Source: Escherichia coli (GTDB lineage Bacteria > Pseudomonadota > Gammaproteobacteria > Enterobacterales > Enterobacteriaceae). Taken from it: a stretch of 64,000 nucleotides of DNA. The position numbers were made by a program, and so were the translations under genes. The notes beneath the pieces are model-generated. The model saw only the letters and a list, made by a program, of their open reading frames with translations, was not told the origin of the DNA and ran no database searches. Shown here piece by piece: positions 12,100 to 35,731 of this stretch. The DNA lies in assembly GCF_030384885.1 (NCBI RefSeq), contig NZ_CP128613.1. The stretch is one strand, 5' to 3'. Position 1 is the stretch's first letter, and each line of letters opens with the position of its first letter.

Positions 12100-13065
12100 T
12101 TATCCCACCCGCTGCTTATCATGCCGATAATTCACCCAGGCGTTGATAATAAACGTCATCACCAGAATGCCAAACACCACGCCCAGCGAAACGGCGATCG
12201 GAATATGGTAGAAATCGACAATTAGCATCTTGATACCGATAAACACCAGAATCACCGCCAGACCATATTTGAGCATCGAGAAACGTTCTGCTACGCCCGC
12301 CAACAGGAAATACATCGCACGCAGGCCGAGGATCGCAAACAGGTTTGAGGTCAGCACAATAAACGGATCGGTGGTCACGGCGAAAATAGCCGGAATGCTA
12401 TCCACGGCGAAAATCACGTCGCTCAACTCCACCAGAATCAGTACCAGCATCAGCGGCGTGGCATACAACAAACCATTCTTACGCACAAAGAAATGCTCGT
12501 TGTCGATGGTGTCGGTCATGCGCAAATGACCGCGCAGCCAGCGCACCAGCGGCTTGTCACCAATACCTGATTCATCTTCATGAGCCAGCGCCATCTTCAC
12601 GCCAGTAAACAGCAGGAAGGCACCGAAGATATACAGGATCCAGTCGAACTGCGAAATCAGCCAGCTGCCAGTGAAGATCATGATGGTACGCAGAACAATC
12701 GCCCCGAGTACGCCATACACGAGCACGCGGCGTTGTAATGCCGCCGGAACAGAGAAATAGCTGAACAACATCAGCCAGACGAAGACGTTATCGACCGCCA
12801 GTGATTTCTCAATCAGATAACCCGTGAGGAAGGCCAATGCCTGAGGGTCCGCGACTTCGCGCCCCTGTGTCTGCGCCAGATACCACCAGAAAGCGGCATT
12901 AAACAATAACGACAGTGTCACCCAGACCAGCGACCAGGCCGCAGCCTGTTTCATGGTCATGGCATGTGCCCCGCGACGCCCCTGCAACAACAGGTCGATA
13001 GCCAGCATAATGACGACAACAACAGCGAATCCGCCCCATAGCAACGGCGTGCCGACAGTATTCAT
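12100..13065 (-). CDS. alx: TerC-family membrane protein Alx (321 aa)
   Basis: Track [37 protein letters not shown]... belongs to the TerC family. Confidence 0.95.
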   Translation of the reverse strand: MNTVGTPLLWGGFAVVVVIMLAIDLLLQGRRGAHAMTMKQAAAWSLVWVTLSLLFNAAFWWYLAQTQGREVADPQALAFLTGYLIEKSLAVDNVFVWLMLFSYFSVPAALQRRVLVYGVLGAIVLRTIMIFTGSWLISQFDWILYIFGAFLLFTGVKMALAHEDESGIGDKPLVRWLRGHLRMTDTIDNEHFFVRKNGLLYATPLMLVLILVELSDVIFAVDSIPAIFAVTTDPFIVLTSNLFAILGLRAMYFLLAGVAERFSMLKYGLAVILVFIGIKMLIVDFYHIPIAVSLGVVFGILVMTFIINAWVNYRHDKQRVG

Positions 13066-13275
13066 AGAAGTTCCTTACACATAAAAAAACGGCCAACGTC
13101 GGAAGACGTCAGCCGCTGCTTTTTATGCATAGACCTCGCCTTCCGGCAAGGTCTCACTTACAACAAAAAAGGAATACGTCTGCGTATTCCTTTCGGGTTG
13201 CCCGGTGACCGGATGTGGTTTTTCACACATCGTAATGACGATCGACCGGCAATGAAGTTACTCCCCTTTGCAGGT
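13066..13275 (-). promoter_or_regulatory. sraF: alx 5' leader: yybP-ykoY (Mn2+) riboswitch / pH-responsive element (SraF region)
   Basis: The minus strand reads ...caaaggggagtaacttcattgccggtcg... This contains the conserved GGGGAGUA core of the yybP-ykoY motif and is followed by several hairpins that end at the alx RBS. The 5' limit is approximate. Confidence 0.75.
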
Positions 13276-13347
13276 AACAAAGTATGACAGACCATTCGGT
13301 CAGTCAATGGTCTGTTACATACCTTTTACACTGTTTTACTTTGGCTA

Positions 13348-14334
13348 TTATAGTTTTACGCTATCTGCCGGAAAAATCACCCCGGTCTGGCGGCGGATCT
13401 CGGTCAGCAGCCTGGCGGTGATACGACTGACCGCCAGCCCTGGATGATCTACCAGATGTTCATCCACCAGGGTAGCGAACAGCTCTGCTTCGTACAGCAT
13501 GGTATTAATATGCTGCGGCTGGGTAAGATCCTGCATCTGGCTGCCGCGCGGCACATAGCAAACTTTCTGGCATTCAGACAGTTTTTCAATCACCAGCGAT
13601 CCCGCTTCGCCCTGAATCTCACTTGCCAGCACAGAATCACTGACCTTTGAGTGCTGCAAGGTAACGCTGAAATCACCGTAATCCATCACCACCACGCCGT
13701 GGGCATCCACACCACTTGCCAGCAAACTGGCGGTTGCCTGCACGCTTTTCGGTTCACCAAATAACGCCACCGCCGACGCCAGGCAGTAAAAGCCGATATC
13801 CATAATTGAACCGTTAGAGAATGCTGGATTAAAGGTGTTGGGATTCTCGCCGTCCAGATAACGCTGATATCGCGAGGAATACTGGCAATAGTTGAAAAAG
13901 ACTTTACGCAATTTGCCAACTTTCGGCAGTACCTGGCGTAACAAATGGAAATTCGGTAGGCTGGCGGTTTTAAATGCCTCAAACAGCACCACCTGATTTT
14001 CCCGCGCACAGGCAATGGCGGCATCCACTTCCGCCAGATTCGACGCCAGCGGTTTCTCGCAAATCACATGAATTTTATGGCTAAGGAAAAGTCGTGTCTG
14101 GGGAAAATGCAGGGCATTCGGGCTGGCAATATACACCGCGTCAATAGCATCACTTTCTGCCATCGCTTCCAGCGATGTAAACAGATGCTCGACAGAAAAA
14201 TCATTGGCGAAGTGCTGGGCCTGTTCAAGGCTGCGGGAATAGACAGCGGTTAACTTGTATTTACCGCTCTCATGGGCGGCCTCGACGAACTGGCGGGTGA
14301 TCCAGTTCGTGCCAATCACAGCGAAACGTATCAT
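13348..14334 (-). CDS. ygjR: Gfo/Idh/MocA-family oxidoreductase YgjR (328 aa)
   Basis: The ATG at 14334 (MIRFAVIGTNWITRQFVEAAHESGKY...) begins an N-terminal Rossmann motif. The span is 987 nt. Confidence 0.88.
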   Translation of the reverse strand: MIRFAVIGTNWITRQFVEAAHESGKYKLTAVYSRSLEQAQHFANDFSVEHLFTSLEAMAESDAIDAVYIASPNALHFPQTRLFLSHKIHVICEKPLASNLAEVDAAIACARENQVVLFEAFKTASLPNFHLLRQVLPKVGKLRKVFFNYCQYSSRYQRYLDGENPNTFNPAFSNGSIMDIGFYCLASAVALFGEPKSVQATASLLASGVDAHGVVVMDYGDFSVTLQHSKVSDSVLASEIQGEAGSLVIEKLSECQKVCYVPRGSQMQDLTQPQHINTMLYEAELFATLVDEHLVDHPGLAVSRITARLLTEIRRQTGVIFPADSVKL

Positions 14335-14412
14335 AACGCGTGGATACTCCATAAAGGGATTCTGCCGTCAATGTAGCACGCCTTTTTCATCTTCGACGTG
14401 CGCAGATACGCA

Positions 14413-15105
14413 TTATTCTTTCGCCGGACAGCCATGCTCGCTAAACGGCCCAATCATGACCGACGGCCCGAGATATTTCGGCTGTCGATGGAGGATTTTC
14501 GCGTCAATCACTGCGCTGACGCGAGCGAGTTTCTCCCGCAGCTGAGTATAAAAACCATGTTTCATATTCAGGTCTGGTGCGTTAAACCCGATGGCATCGA
14601 TGCCGTACTGTTTTGCCAGCCAGATGGCGCGTTGGTTATGAAATTCTTGCGAAATAATAGTGATATGGCTTTCACCAAACACCTTTTTGGCACGCACCAC
14701 CGAATCAAGCGTTGAGAATCCGGCATAGTCGCAGAAGATGACTTTTGCGGGTACGCCTTTAGCGATCAAAGCCTGCTGCATGCCTGAGGCTTCATCGTAA
14801 TTTTTACGTCCGTTATCGCCGCTCACTAGTAGCCATTTCACTTTTCCGGCGTGGTACAACTCTGCTGCGGTATCAATACGTCGGGTAAAGTAGCGATTAC
14901 CCGGCCTCGCCCCCAGCAATAAACCCACGTTACGCGCCGGAACGGCGTTGACATCGCTCCTGGTCAGCTGCTTGCTGGCGTTGACCATAACGCGATCGGC
15001 AATAAAAATGGTCGCTCCTGCTATAAGCAACAATAAACAGCCAAGCTTTAGAGTCCGGCGAGAAAAACAAATACGGAGAAGAAGGCGGGCAAAGGCGCGC
15101 AGCAT
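14413..15105 (-). CDS. ygjQ: DUF218 (SanA-like) protein YgjQ (230 aa)
   Basis: Track ORF of 230 aa with an N-terminal TM segment. The length matches. Confidence 0.85.
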   Translation of the reverse strand: MLRAFARLLLRICFSRRTLKLGCLLLLIAGATIFIADRVMVNASKQLTRSDVNAVPARNVGLLLGARPGNRYFTRRIDTAAELYHAGKVKWLLVSGDNGRKNYDEASGMQQALIAKGVPAKVIFCDYAGFSTLDSVVRAKKVFGESHITIISQEFHNQRAIWLAKQYGIDAIGFNAPDLNMKHGFYTQLREKLARVSAVIDAKILHRQPKYLGPSVMIGPFSEHGCPAKE

Positions 15106-15181
15106 GGTCGTTATCCTTAACGAAAGGGGGGAGGTCGATTTTAGGCGCTAAAGGAAGAAAAGATAACGCCTGATATCATTT

Positions 15182-15684
15182 TCAGATTTTGTCCTGCCCA
15201 AGCGACAACTGCGTTAGCCACAGACGAGTGTCGAATTCAAGCTGGTGGTACTGCGGCTCCATATGACAGCACAATTGATAGAACGCTTTGTTGTGCTCTT
15301 TCTCCTTCAGGTGCGCCAACTCGTGCACCACGATCATGCGCAAAAACGGTTCCGGCGCGTTGCGAAACACGGTAGCGACGCGGATCTCTGCTTTTGCTTT
15401 CAGCTTGCCGCCCTGCACACGCGAAACAGCGGTATGTAACCCGAGCGCGTTTTCAGCACATGGATCTTGTTGTCATACATCACTTTATTGATCGGCGGGG
15501 CATTGCGCAGAAACTGATTCTTCAGATCCTGAGTATATTGCCAGAGGGCTTTATCGGTGGCGTAGTCGTGCGTTCCTGGATAGCGTTTTGCCAGCACATC
15601 GCCCAGACGCTGTTCATTAATCAGCGTGCGCACCTGGGAAAGCAACTGTTCGGGATAACCCTGAAGATAAGTAAGATTGCTCAT
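15182..15684 (-). pseudogene. ygjP: ygjP (DUF45/WLM-type metal-dependent hydrolase, HELAHL motif) interrupted by a 1-nt frameshift
   Basis: Two track ORFs in different frames cover this gene: 15400..15720 and 15182..15418. The span from the ATG at 15684 to the stop at 15182 is 503 nt, one short of 504 nt (167 aa plus stop). The frames switch at the T4 run (A4 on the coding strand) at 15450..15453. One extra A would read ...IHVLK|[25 protein letters not shown]... continuously. Confidence 0.8.
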
Positions 15685-15768
15685 AACCGCCCACGAAAAA
15701 GAGAAAAAGGGTATACTCACGCACCCTTTTCAGGGGCAACGTCGAAATTTTATCATTCAGGAGGGCCG

Positions 15769-16905
15769 ATGAGCCACTTAGACAACGGTTTCCGTTCACT
15801 GACACTACAACGTTTTCCGGCGACGGATGACGTTAACCCGCTACAGGCGTGGGAAGCGGCAGATGAATATTTGCTGCAACAGTTGGACGACACAGAAATC
15901 CGCGGCCCGGTGTTAATCCTGAATGATGCCTTTGGGGCGTTAAGTTGTGCGCTGGCGGAACATAAGCCGTACAGCATTGGCGACTCATACATCAGCGAAC
16001 TGGCGACGCGCGAGAATTTACGCCTCAACGGGATTGATGAATCGAGCGTGAAGTTTCTCGACAGCACCGCTGACTACCCGCAACAGCCGGGCGTGGTGCT
16101 GATCAAAGTGCCGAAAACACTGGCATTGCTGGAACAGCAACTGCGCGCATTGCGCAAAGTAGTCACGCCGGATACACGTATTATTGCTGGTGCTAAAGCC
16201 CGTGACATTCACACCTCCACGCTGGAACTGTTCGAAAAAGTGCTCGGCCCGACCACCACCACACTGGCATGGAAGAAAGCGCGCCTGATTAACTGCACTT
16301 TCAACGAGCCGCCGCTGGTTGATGCACCGCAGACCGTTAGCTGGAAGCTGGAGGGTACTGACTGGACTATCCACAACCATGCGAATGTCTTCTCACGCAC
16401 CGGGCTTGATATTGGCGCGCGCTTCTTTATGCAGCATCTGCCAGAGAATCTCGAGGGTGAGGTTGTCGATCTCGGTTGTGGTAACGGCGTTATTGGCCTG
16501 ACGCTGCTTGATAAAAACCCGCAGGCGAAAGTGGTGTTTGTCGATGAATCACCAATGGCGGTTGCTTCCAGCCGTTTGAATGTTGAAACCAACATGCCAG
16601 AGGCGTTGGATCGCTGCGAGTTTATGATCAACAACGCGCTCTCCGGCGTGGAGCCGTTCCGCTTTAATGCTGTGCTCTGCAACCCGCCGTTTCACCAGCA
16701 ACATGCACTGACCGATAACGTTGCCTGGGAAATGTTCCACCACGCGCGCCGCTGCCTGAAAATCAACGGCGAGCTGTATATCGTTGCCAACCGTCATCTG
16801 GATTACTTCCATAAACTGAAGAAAATTTTTGGCAACTGCACCACCATTGCTACGAATAATAAATTTGTGGTGCTGAAAGCGGTGAAACTGGGGCGTCGTC
16901 GGTAA
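15769..16905 (+). CDS. rlmG: 23S rRNA m2G1835 methyltransferase RlmG (378 aa)
   Basis: The ATG at 15769 is preceded by AGGAGG at 15758..15763 ([36 protein letters not shown]...). The span is 1137 nt. The 503-aa track ORF is an upstream extension that overlaps ygjP antisense. Confidence 0.95.
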   Translation: MSHLDNGFRSLTLQRFPATDDVNPLQAWEAADEYLLQQLDDTEIRGPVLILNDAFGALSCALAEHKPYSIGDSYISELATRENLRLNGIDESSVKFLDSTADYPQQPGVVLIKVPKTLALLEQQLRALRKVVTPDTRIIAGAKARDIHTSTLELFEKVLGPTTTTLAWKKARLINCTFNEPPLVDAPQTVSWKLEGTDWTIHNHANVFSRTGLDIGARFFMQHLPENLEGEVVDLGCGNGVIGLTLLDKNPQAKVVFVDESPMAVASSRLNVETNMPEALDRCEFMINNALSGVEPFRFNAVLCNPPFHQQHALTDNVAWEMFHHARRCLKINGELYIVANRHLDYFHKLKKIFGNCTTIATNNKFVVLKAVKLGRRR

Positions 16906-17017
16906 GTCTTGTTTGTAATGCCGGATTGCGGTTGAAATGCCCGATCCGGTAAATAAGTTCATCGCTATATCATTATTTCTAATCTATTTTTCAGAATAAA
17001 ATTGTTCTAAATACGAA

Positions 17018-17039
17018 AGGTCCGTTTAAGGACTTTTTT
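17018..17039 (+). terminator. rho-independent terminator downstream of rlmG
   Basis: The hairpin aggtcc-gtttaa-ggactt is followed by a T-run (tttttt). Confidence 0.6.
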
Positions 17040-17100
17040 GTCAATTTGCTACTCTATATTATTAACAATCTTTTTCAGCATTACATCGAACGGAATAATT

Positions 17101-17898
17101 ATGGATAAATATACTTTGCTAGGACTTGCTGTTACTGTTCCTGTTGCTCTTACATGGGCTTGGTTAGATGTAAAAAGAAAACGTAAAAAAAGAGATAATG
17201 CTCCGTTGTTAAATGATACGATGCGATTTGTTAATGGAACGCACCTTGTAATCACTGTATTAAACGGCGGTGATTATCGGTTATTAGCGGGCCATGAGTA
17301 TAATAAAGATAACCGCCTTACTGCAAAAGGTCGTTGTAAACGCTTCTGGGGAGTAGAAGACATATCAGCGGGTATGGAGATGCTCCAGTCGCTTGTTGAT
17401 GGTCGACATAACGAACAATTTCTTCAAGAGCTTAAACACATAACTGAAAATGTCATAAATTTAGAGACAGAGCAAAACTGGCAAACATTATTCACAAATA
17501 TCACTGATAAAAAAATGCTTACTAAAATGAGAGTAATGCATGATGCGCATCTTGATTTTGGCAATAATGCGATTCTTGCATGGGATTTAAGTCGGGCAAA
17601 TCATTTATTAGCAGATTATTATTTGGCTGGGTGGATAGATGAACAACGTTATATAAAAGAAGTCTTTGATGTAACATCGAAAATTCAGAAAAATTTTTCT
17701 TCATGGGACGAGTTTAATAAAAGCTATTTATATGGTTATCTTTGGTGGAGTGGGGAAGATCAACAACATGATCTTAAAAAATTAGGCTGCTATCATAATA
17801 GGGTAATGATTATAAATAAACAGAAGGATGTGGCTAATAGTCCCTTTAAATTAGACTGGGATACACCATTAAAAATAGAAACGTCACCCTACGCTTGA
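17101..17898 (+). CDS. membrane-anchored protein with a DUF1266-like C-terminal domain (265 aa from ATG 17101; the track uses TTG 17038)
   Basis: The sequence is MDKYTLLGLAVTVPVALTWAWLDVKRKRKKRDN... It has one N-terminal TM helix followed by a polybasic stretch. The C-terminal part ...AILAWDLSRANHLLADYYLAGWIDEQRYIKEVFDVTSKIQKNFSSWDEFNKSYLYGYLWWSG resembles my memory of the DUF1266 signature (AWDxxR ... SWxEF ... YxxGxxxW) of YbeR/YbeU. By eye the gene is far more AT-rich than its flanks. It occupies the position of higB. Confidence 0.7.
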   Translation: MDKYTLLGLAVTVPVALTWAWLDVKRKRKKRDNAPLLNDTMRFVNGTHLVITVLNGGDYRLLAGHEYNKDNRLTAKGRCKRFWGVEDISAGMEMLQSLVDGRHNEQFLQELKHITENVINLETEQNWQTLFTNITDKKMLTKMRVMHDAHLDFGNNAILAWDLSRANHLLADYYLAGWIDEQRYIKEVFDVTSKIQKNFSSWDEFNKSYLYGYLWWSGEDQQHDLKKLGCYHNRVMIINKQKDVANSPFKLDWDTPLKIETSPYA

Positions 17899-17919
17899 GC
17901 CAATTACATAAGGGCGAAA

Positions 17920-18336
17920 ATGATTGTGATTTCCAACATTTTGCAAGAAGGAGAAAAAATAACCGTGGTGGCACCTTTTCTGGCGGGTATTCAGAACGAG
18001 GAACAATACACCCAGGCGCTGGAACTGGTAGATCATCTGCTGCTCAACGATCCTGAAAAACCCTTGCTGGATCTGGTGTGTGCCAAAATAACCGCGTGGG
18101 AAGAATCAGCGCCCGAATTTGCTGAATTTAATGCCATGGCTCAAGCCATGCCTGGCGGTATAGCTGTGATTCGTACCCTTATGGATCAATATGGTTTAAC
18201 CCTTTCCGATCTGCCGGAAATTGGCAGTAAATCGATGGTGTCACGCGTTTTGAGCGGGAAGAGGAAATTAACGCTGGAACACGCTAAAAAACTGGCAACG
18301 AGATTCGGCATTTCTCCCGCCTTGTTTATTGATTAA
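17920..18336 (+). CDS. higA: HigA antitoxin / XRE-family HTH regulator (138 aa)
   Basis: Track ORF ...APFLAGIQNEEQYTQALELVDHLLLNDPEKPLLDLVCAKITAWEESAPEFAEFNAM...SMVSRVLSGKRKLTLEHAKKLATRFGISPALFID matches my memory of E. coli HigA (YgjM). The exception is a cluster of substitutions in the first 16 residues. Confidence 0.9.
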   Translation: MIVISNILQEGEKITVVAPFLAGIQNEEQYTQALELVDHLLLNDPEKPLLDLVCAKITAWEESAPEFAEFNAMAQAMPGGIAVIRTLMDQYGLTLSDLPEIGSKSMVSRVLSGKRKLTLEHAKKLATRFGISPALFID

Positions 18337-18344
18337 CGCGACGT

Positions 18345-18365
18345 GCCGGATGCGGCGCATCCGGC
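18345..18365. terminator. GC-rich hairpin between the convergent genes higA and fadH
   Basis: gccggatgcg-g-cgcatccggc is a perfect palindrome. Confidence 0.5.
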
Positions 18366-18380
18366 GCTTCAAACAACGAT

Positions 18381-20402
<2,022 letters not shown>

Positions 20403-20514
20403 TTATCCAGTATGTAAAATAATTGTTATGTGGTCGGATGAGTTCTAATTTAGCCGTCGCCGGGGAAAAGGGAAAAGGGGAATGCGGGGTTTGTGATGGG
20501 AATCAAAAAGAATA

Positions 20515-21012
<498 letters not shown>

Positions 21013-21020
21013 GTTGCAAA

Positions 21021-26072
<5,052 letters not shown>

Positions 26073-26084
26073 ATGCCGCCGTAA

Positions 26085-30966
<4,882 letters not shown>

Positions 30967-30999
30967 TTTTTTGCTATAGTTTAGTAAAATTTTACTTGA

Positions 31000-31344
<345 letters not shown>

Positions 31345-31385
31345 AACAATCGGATGGCGACATCGTATCGCCATCCGATTTGATA

Positions 31386-32876
<1,491 letters not shown>

Positions 32877-33106
32877 TTACGCAATATTTAATGCTATTTG
32901 TTAACATTTGCTGTTATTTTGCACGGTCTATATTGGGTATGGATGTGGCGATCGCTGCGCAAATGCACGCTTTCAGGACAATAAATGCCTGATTTTTGGG
33001 CAAGATAATTAACGTTTTCGTATAGTAACAGAGTGAAAGTATTTTAAATCAAGGAATTAGATTTGTGCTTTAATCGCAAATTGCGATCTAAATCAAATTA
33101 ATCGGT

Positions 33107-33133
33107 TAAAGATAACCGCAGCGGGGCCGACAT
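33107..33133 (+). promoter_or_regulatory. candidate sigma-28 (FliA) promoter of aer
   Basis: TAAAGATA-N11-GCCGACAT compares well with the consensus TAAAGTTT-N11-GCCGATAA. It lies about 50 nt upstream of the aer ATG. Confidence 0.6.
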
Positions 33134-33182
33134 AAACTCTGACAAGAAGTTAACAACCATATAACCTGCACAGGACGCGAAC

Positions 33183-34703
33183 ATGTCTTCTCATCCGTAT
33201 GTCACCCAGCAAAATACCCCGCTGGCGGACGATACCACTCTGATGTCCACTACCGATCTGCAAAGCTATATCACTCATGCTAATGACACTTTTGTGCAGG
33301 TGAGCGGCTATACCTTGCAGGAGTTACAGGGGCAGCCGCACAATATGGTGCGTCATCCCGATATGCCAAAAGCGGCGTTTGCGGATATGTGGTTCACCCT
33401 GAAAAAAGGGGAGCCCTGGAGCGGCATCGTGAAAAATCGCCGCAAAAATGGCGACCATTATTGGGTGCGGGCCAATGCGGTACCGATGGTGCGCGAGGGA
33501 AAAATCAGTGGCTATATGTCGATTCGTACCCGGGCGACGGATGAAGAGATTGCGGCGGTGGAGCCACTGTACAAAGCGTTGAACGCCGGACGTACCAGTA
33601 AGCGTATTCATAAAGGCCTGGTGGTGCGTAAAGGCTGGCTGGGAAAACTGCCTTCATTGCCGCTTCGCTGGCGGGCGCGTGGAGTGATGACGCTGATGTT
33701 TATCTTGTTGGCGGCTATGCTTTGGTTTGTTGCTGCCCCGGTGGTGTCGTATTTCCTCTGTGCATTAGTGGTATTGTTAGTAAGCGCCTGTTTTGAATGG
33801 CAGATTGTGCGCCCGATAGAAAATGTCGCCCGTCAGGCACTGAAGGTGGCGACCGGAGAACGTAATAGTGTTGAGCATCTGAATCGCAGCGATGAGCTGG
33901 GGCTGACATTACGCGCGGTAGGGCAGCTTGGCCTGATGTGCCGTTGGCTAATTAACGATGTCTCGAGCCAGGTGTCCAGTGTCAGAAACGGCAGCGAGAC
34001 GCTGGCGAAAGGCACTGATGAACTGAACGAACATACCCAACAGACGGTTGATAATGTTCAGCAAACGGTGGCGACCATGAACCAGATGGCGGCGTCGGTG
34101 AAACAGAACTCTGCCACGGCGTCGGCTGCCGATAAACTTTCGATCACCGCCAGTAATGCGGCCGTGCAGGGCGGGGAGGCGATGTCCACGGTGATCAAAA
34201 CGATGGACGATATTGCTGACAGTACCCAGCGCATTGGCACCATTACTTCGCTGATTAACGATATTGCGTTTCAGACCAATATTCTCGCCCTGAATGCGGC
34301 GGTGGAAGCGGCGCGTGCCGGAGAACAAGGCAAAGGTTTTGCAGTGGTGGCAGGGGAAGTGCGTCATTTAGCCAGCCGCAGTGCTAATGCCGCCAACGAT
34401 ATTCGCAAGCTGATTGATGCCAGTGCTGATAAGGTGCAATCCGGTTCGCAGCAGGTACACGCCGCCGGACGGACGATGGAAGATATTGTGGCGCAGGTAA
34501 AAAACGTCACCCAGTTGATAGCTCAGATTAGCCATTCAACGCTGGAACAGGCCGATGGGCTTTCCAGCCTGACCCGTGCGGTGGATGAGCTTAACCTGAT
34601 CACCCAGAAAAACGCCGAGTTAGTGGAAGAGAGTGCGCAGGTGTCGGCGATGGTGAAACACCGCGCCAGCCGACTGGAAGACGCGGTGACGGTGCTGCAT
34701 TAA
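33183..34703 (+). CDS. aer: aerotaxis receptor Aer (PAS-FAD, HAMP, MCP signalling domain; 506 aa)
   Basis: Track ORF MSSHPYVTQQNTPLADDTTLMSTTDLQSYITHANDTFVQVSGYT... Confidence 0.96.
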   Translation: MSSHPYVTQQNTPLADDTTLMSTTDLQSYITHANDTFVQVSGYTLQELQGQPHNMVRHPDMPKAAFADMWFTLKKGEPWSGIVKNRRKNGDHYWVRANAVPMVREGKISGYMSIRTRATDEEIAAVEPLYKALNAGRTSKRIHKGLVVRKGWLGKLPSLPLRWRARGVMTLMFILLAAMLWFVAAPVVSYFLCALVVLLVSACFEWQIVRPIENVARQALKVATGERNSVEHLNRSDELGLTLRAVGQLGLMCRWLINDVSSQVSSVRNGSETLAKGTDELNEHTQQTVDNVQQTVATMNQMAASVKQNSATASAADKLSITASNAAVQGGEAMSTVIKTMDDIADSTQRIGTITSLINDIAFQTNILALNAAVEAARAGEQGKGFAVVAGEVRHLASRSANAANDIRKLIDASADKVQSGSQQVHAAGRTMEDIVAQVKNVTQLIAQISHSTLEQADGLSSLTRAVDELNLITQKNAELVEESAQVSAMVKHRASRLEDAVTVLH

Positions 34704-34710
34704 TCGATAT

Positions 34711-34818
34711 GCCGCATCCGGCGGTTGGCGAACAATGCCTGATGCGATGCTGGCGCATCTTATCAGGCCTACGGGGGCGTAGGCGGATACGGCGTTCATG
34801 CTGCATCCGGTGGTTGGC
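34711..34818. repeat. REP/BIME cluster between aer and yqjI
   Basis: gcctgatgcgatgctggcgcatcttatcaggcctac is flanked by further REP-like palindromes (gccgcatccggcgg, gctgcatccggtgg). Confidence 0.8.
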
Positions 34819-34820
34819 GA

Positions 34821-35444
34821 TTAATCCAGTTGGGTAATATCAAAAGCGGCGCGGTCGATCACCGCAATGATCTTTTTTATTTGTGCATCAGTGATATCGC
34901 TCTGGTTGACGCGTAAATCCAGCACCGCTTTAAAATTATCCAGCGCCCGCTTCATTTGCGGGTTCTGGCGCAGCGCAGCGCCAACGCAACGCGCTTTGAT
35001 GCGCTCTTCAATCATCTCCACCTGTTCGCGGTTTTCTTCCAGCCACTGCGCGCCTTGTTCGGTCAGCGCAATCTGCTTCTTACCACCTTCCTCTTCGCGG
35101 ATGGTAATCAGCGACTGCTCCTGCAGAAAATCCAGCGTCGGGTAGATGACGCCCGGGCTTGGGGTGTAATTTCCCTGGGTCAGATTTTCAATCGCTTTAA
35201 TCAATTCGTAACCGTGGCTGTCATCGCGCGAGAGAATATCCAGAATCACCAGACGCAATTCGCCGTGACCAAAGAAACGTTGCCGACGACCGCCGCCGCG
35301 ACCGTGGCGACCACCACAGCATTGACCGTGTTCATGCTGGTGACCGTGTCCACAGTGTTCATGTTCTGATTTCTCACCTTTGCAGCAGCCTTCATGGCGT
35401 GGCTGGCCTTCATGTTTACAACACCCTTCGTGATGATGGCTCAT
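34821..35444 (-). CDS. yqjI: PadR-family Ni/Fe-responsive repressor YqjI (207 aa)
   Basis: Track ORF MSHHHEGCCKHEGQPRHEGCCKGEKSEHEHCGHGHQHEHGQCCGG... has a His/Cys-rich N-terminus followed by a PadR winged helix. Confidence 0.92.
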   Translation of the reverse strand: MSHHHEGCCKHEGQPRHEGCCKGEKSEHEHCGHGHQHEHGQCCGGRHGRGGGRRQRFFGHGELRLVILDILSRDDSHGYELIKAIENLTQGNYTPSPGVIYPTLDFLQEQSLITIREEEGGKKQIALTEQGAQWLEENREQVEMIEERIKARCVGAALRQNPQMKRALDNFKAVLDLRVNQSDITDAQIKKIIAVIDRAAFDITQLD

Positions 35445-35464
35445 ATCAGCCTCCTTTTGCTTAA

Positions 35465-35708
35465 TTAGATATATCTAATTTATATCTGATGTAAGCATTA
35501 GTGCAAGTGTAAAAATGATTTTTAAACGTGGACTCATCTCACACGTAGGCCGGATAAGGCGTTCACGCCGCATCCGGCGTTGAGTAATGATGCCTGAGAA
35601 GAGGCGGTTCGTCTTATCAGACTATAGACATATCAGTTCTACAAATCGCTTGCATTTATCACGATTAACAATCATTATCATTTAATAATTTTATTTAGAT
35701 ATATCTGA
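35465..35708. promoter_or_regulatory. yqjI-yqjH divergent control region: two TTAGATATATCT[AG]A palindromes plus a Fur-box-like site
   Basis: There is a perfect palindrome ttagatatatctaa at 35465..35478 and a second copy ttagatatatctga at 35695..35708. The segment acgattaacaatcattatc at 35661..35679 matches 13 of 19 positions of the Fur consensus GATAATGATAATCATTATC. A REP element lies at 35545..35579. Confidence 0.65.
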
Positions 35709-35731
35709 TTATCATCACGAAGGCGATAACA

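Noticed and set aside
15394-15768. A 125-codon N-terminal extension of rlmG (503-aa track ORF). Similar extensions occur on glnE (54122), ebgA (29779), exuT (6471), patA (32876), uxaC (6771), yqjF (1102) and ygjJ (24527).
   Set aside because: In each case an internal start gives exactly the remembered protein length, and for rlmG a strong RBS (AGGAGG) precedes that start. The extensions overlap neighbouring genes or promoters.
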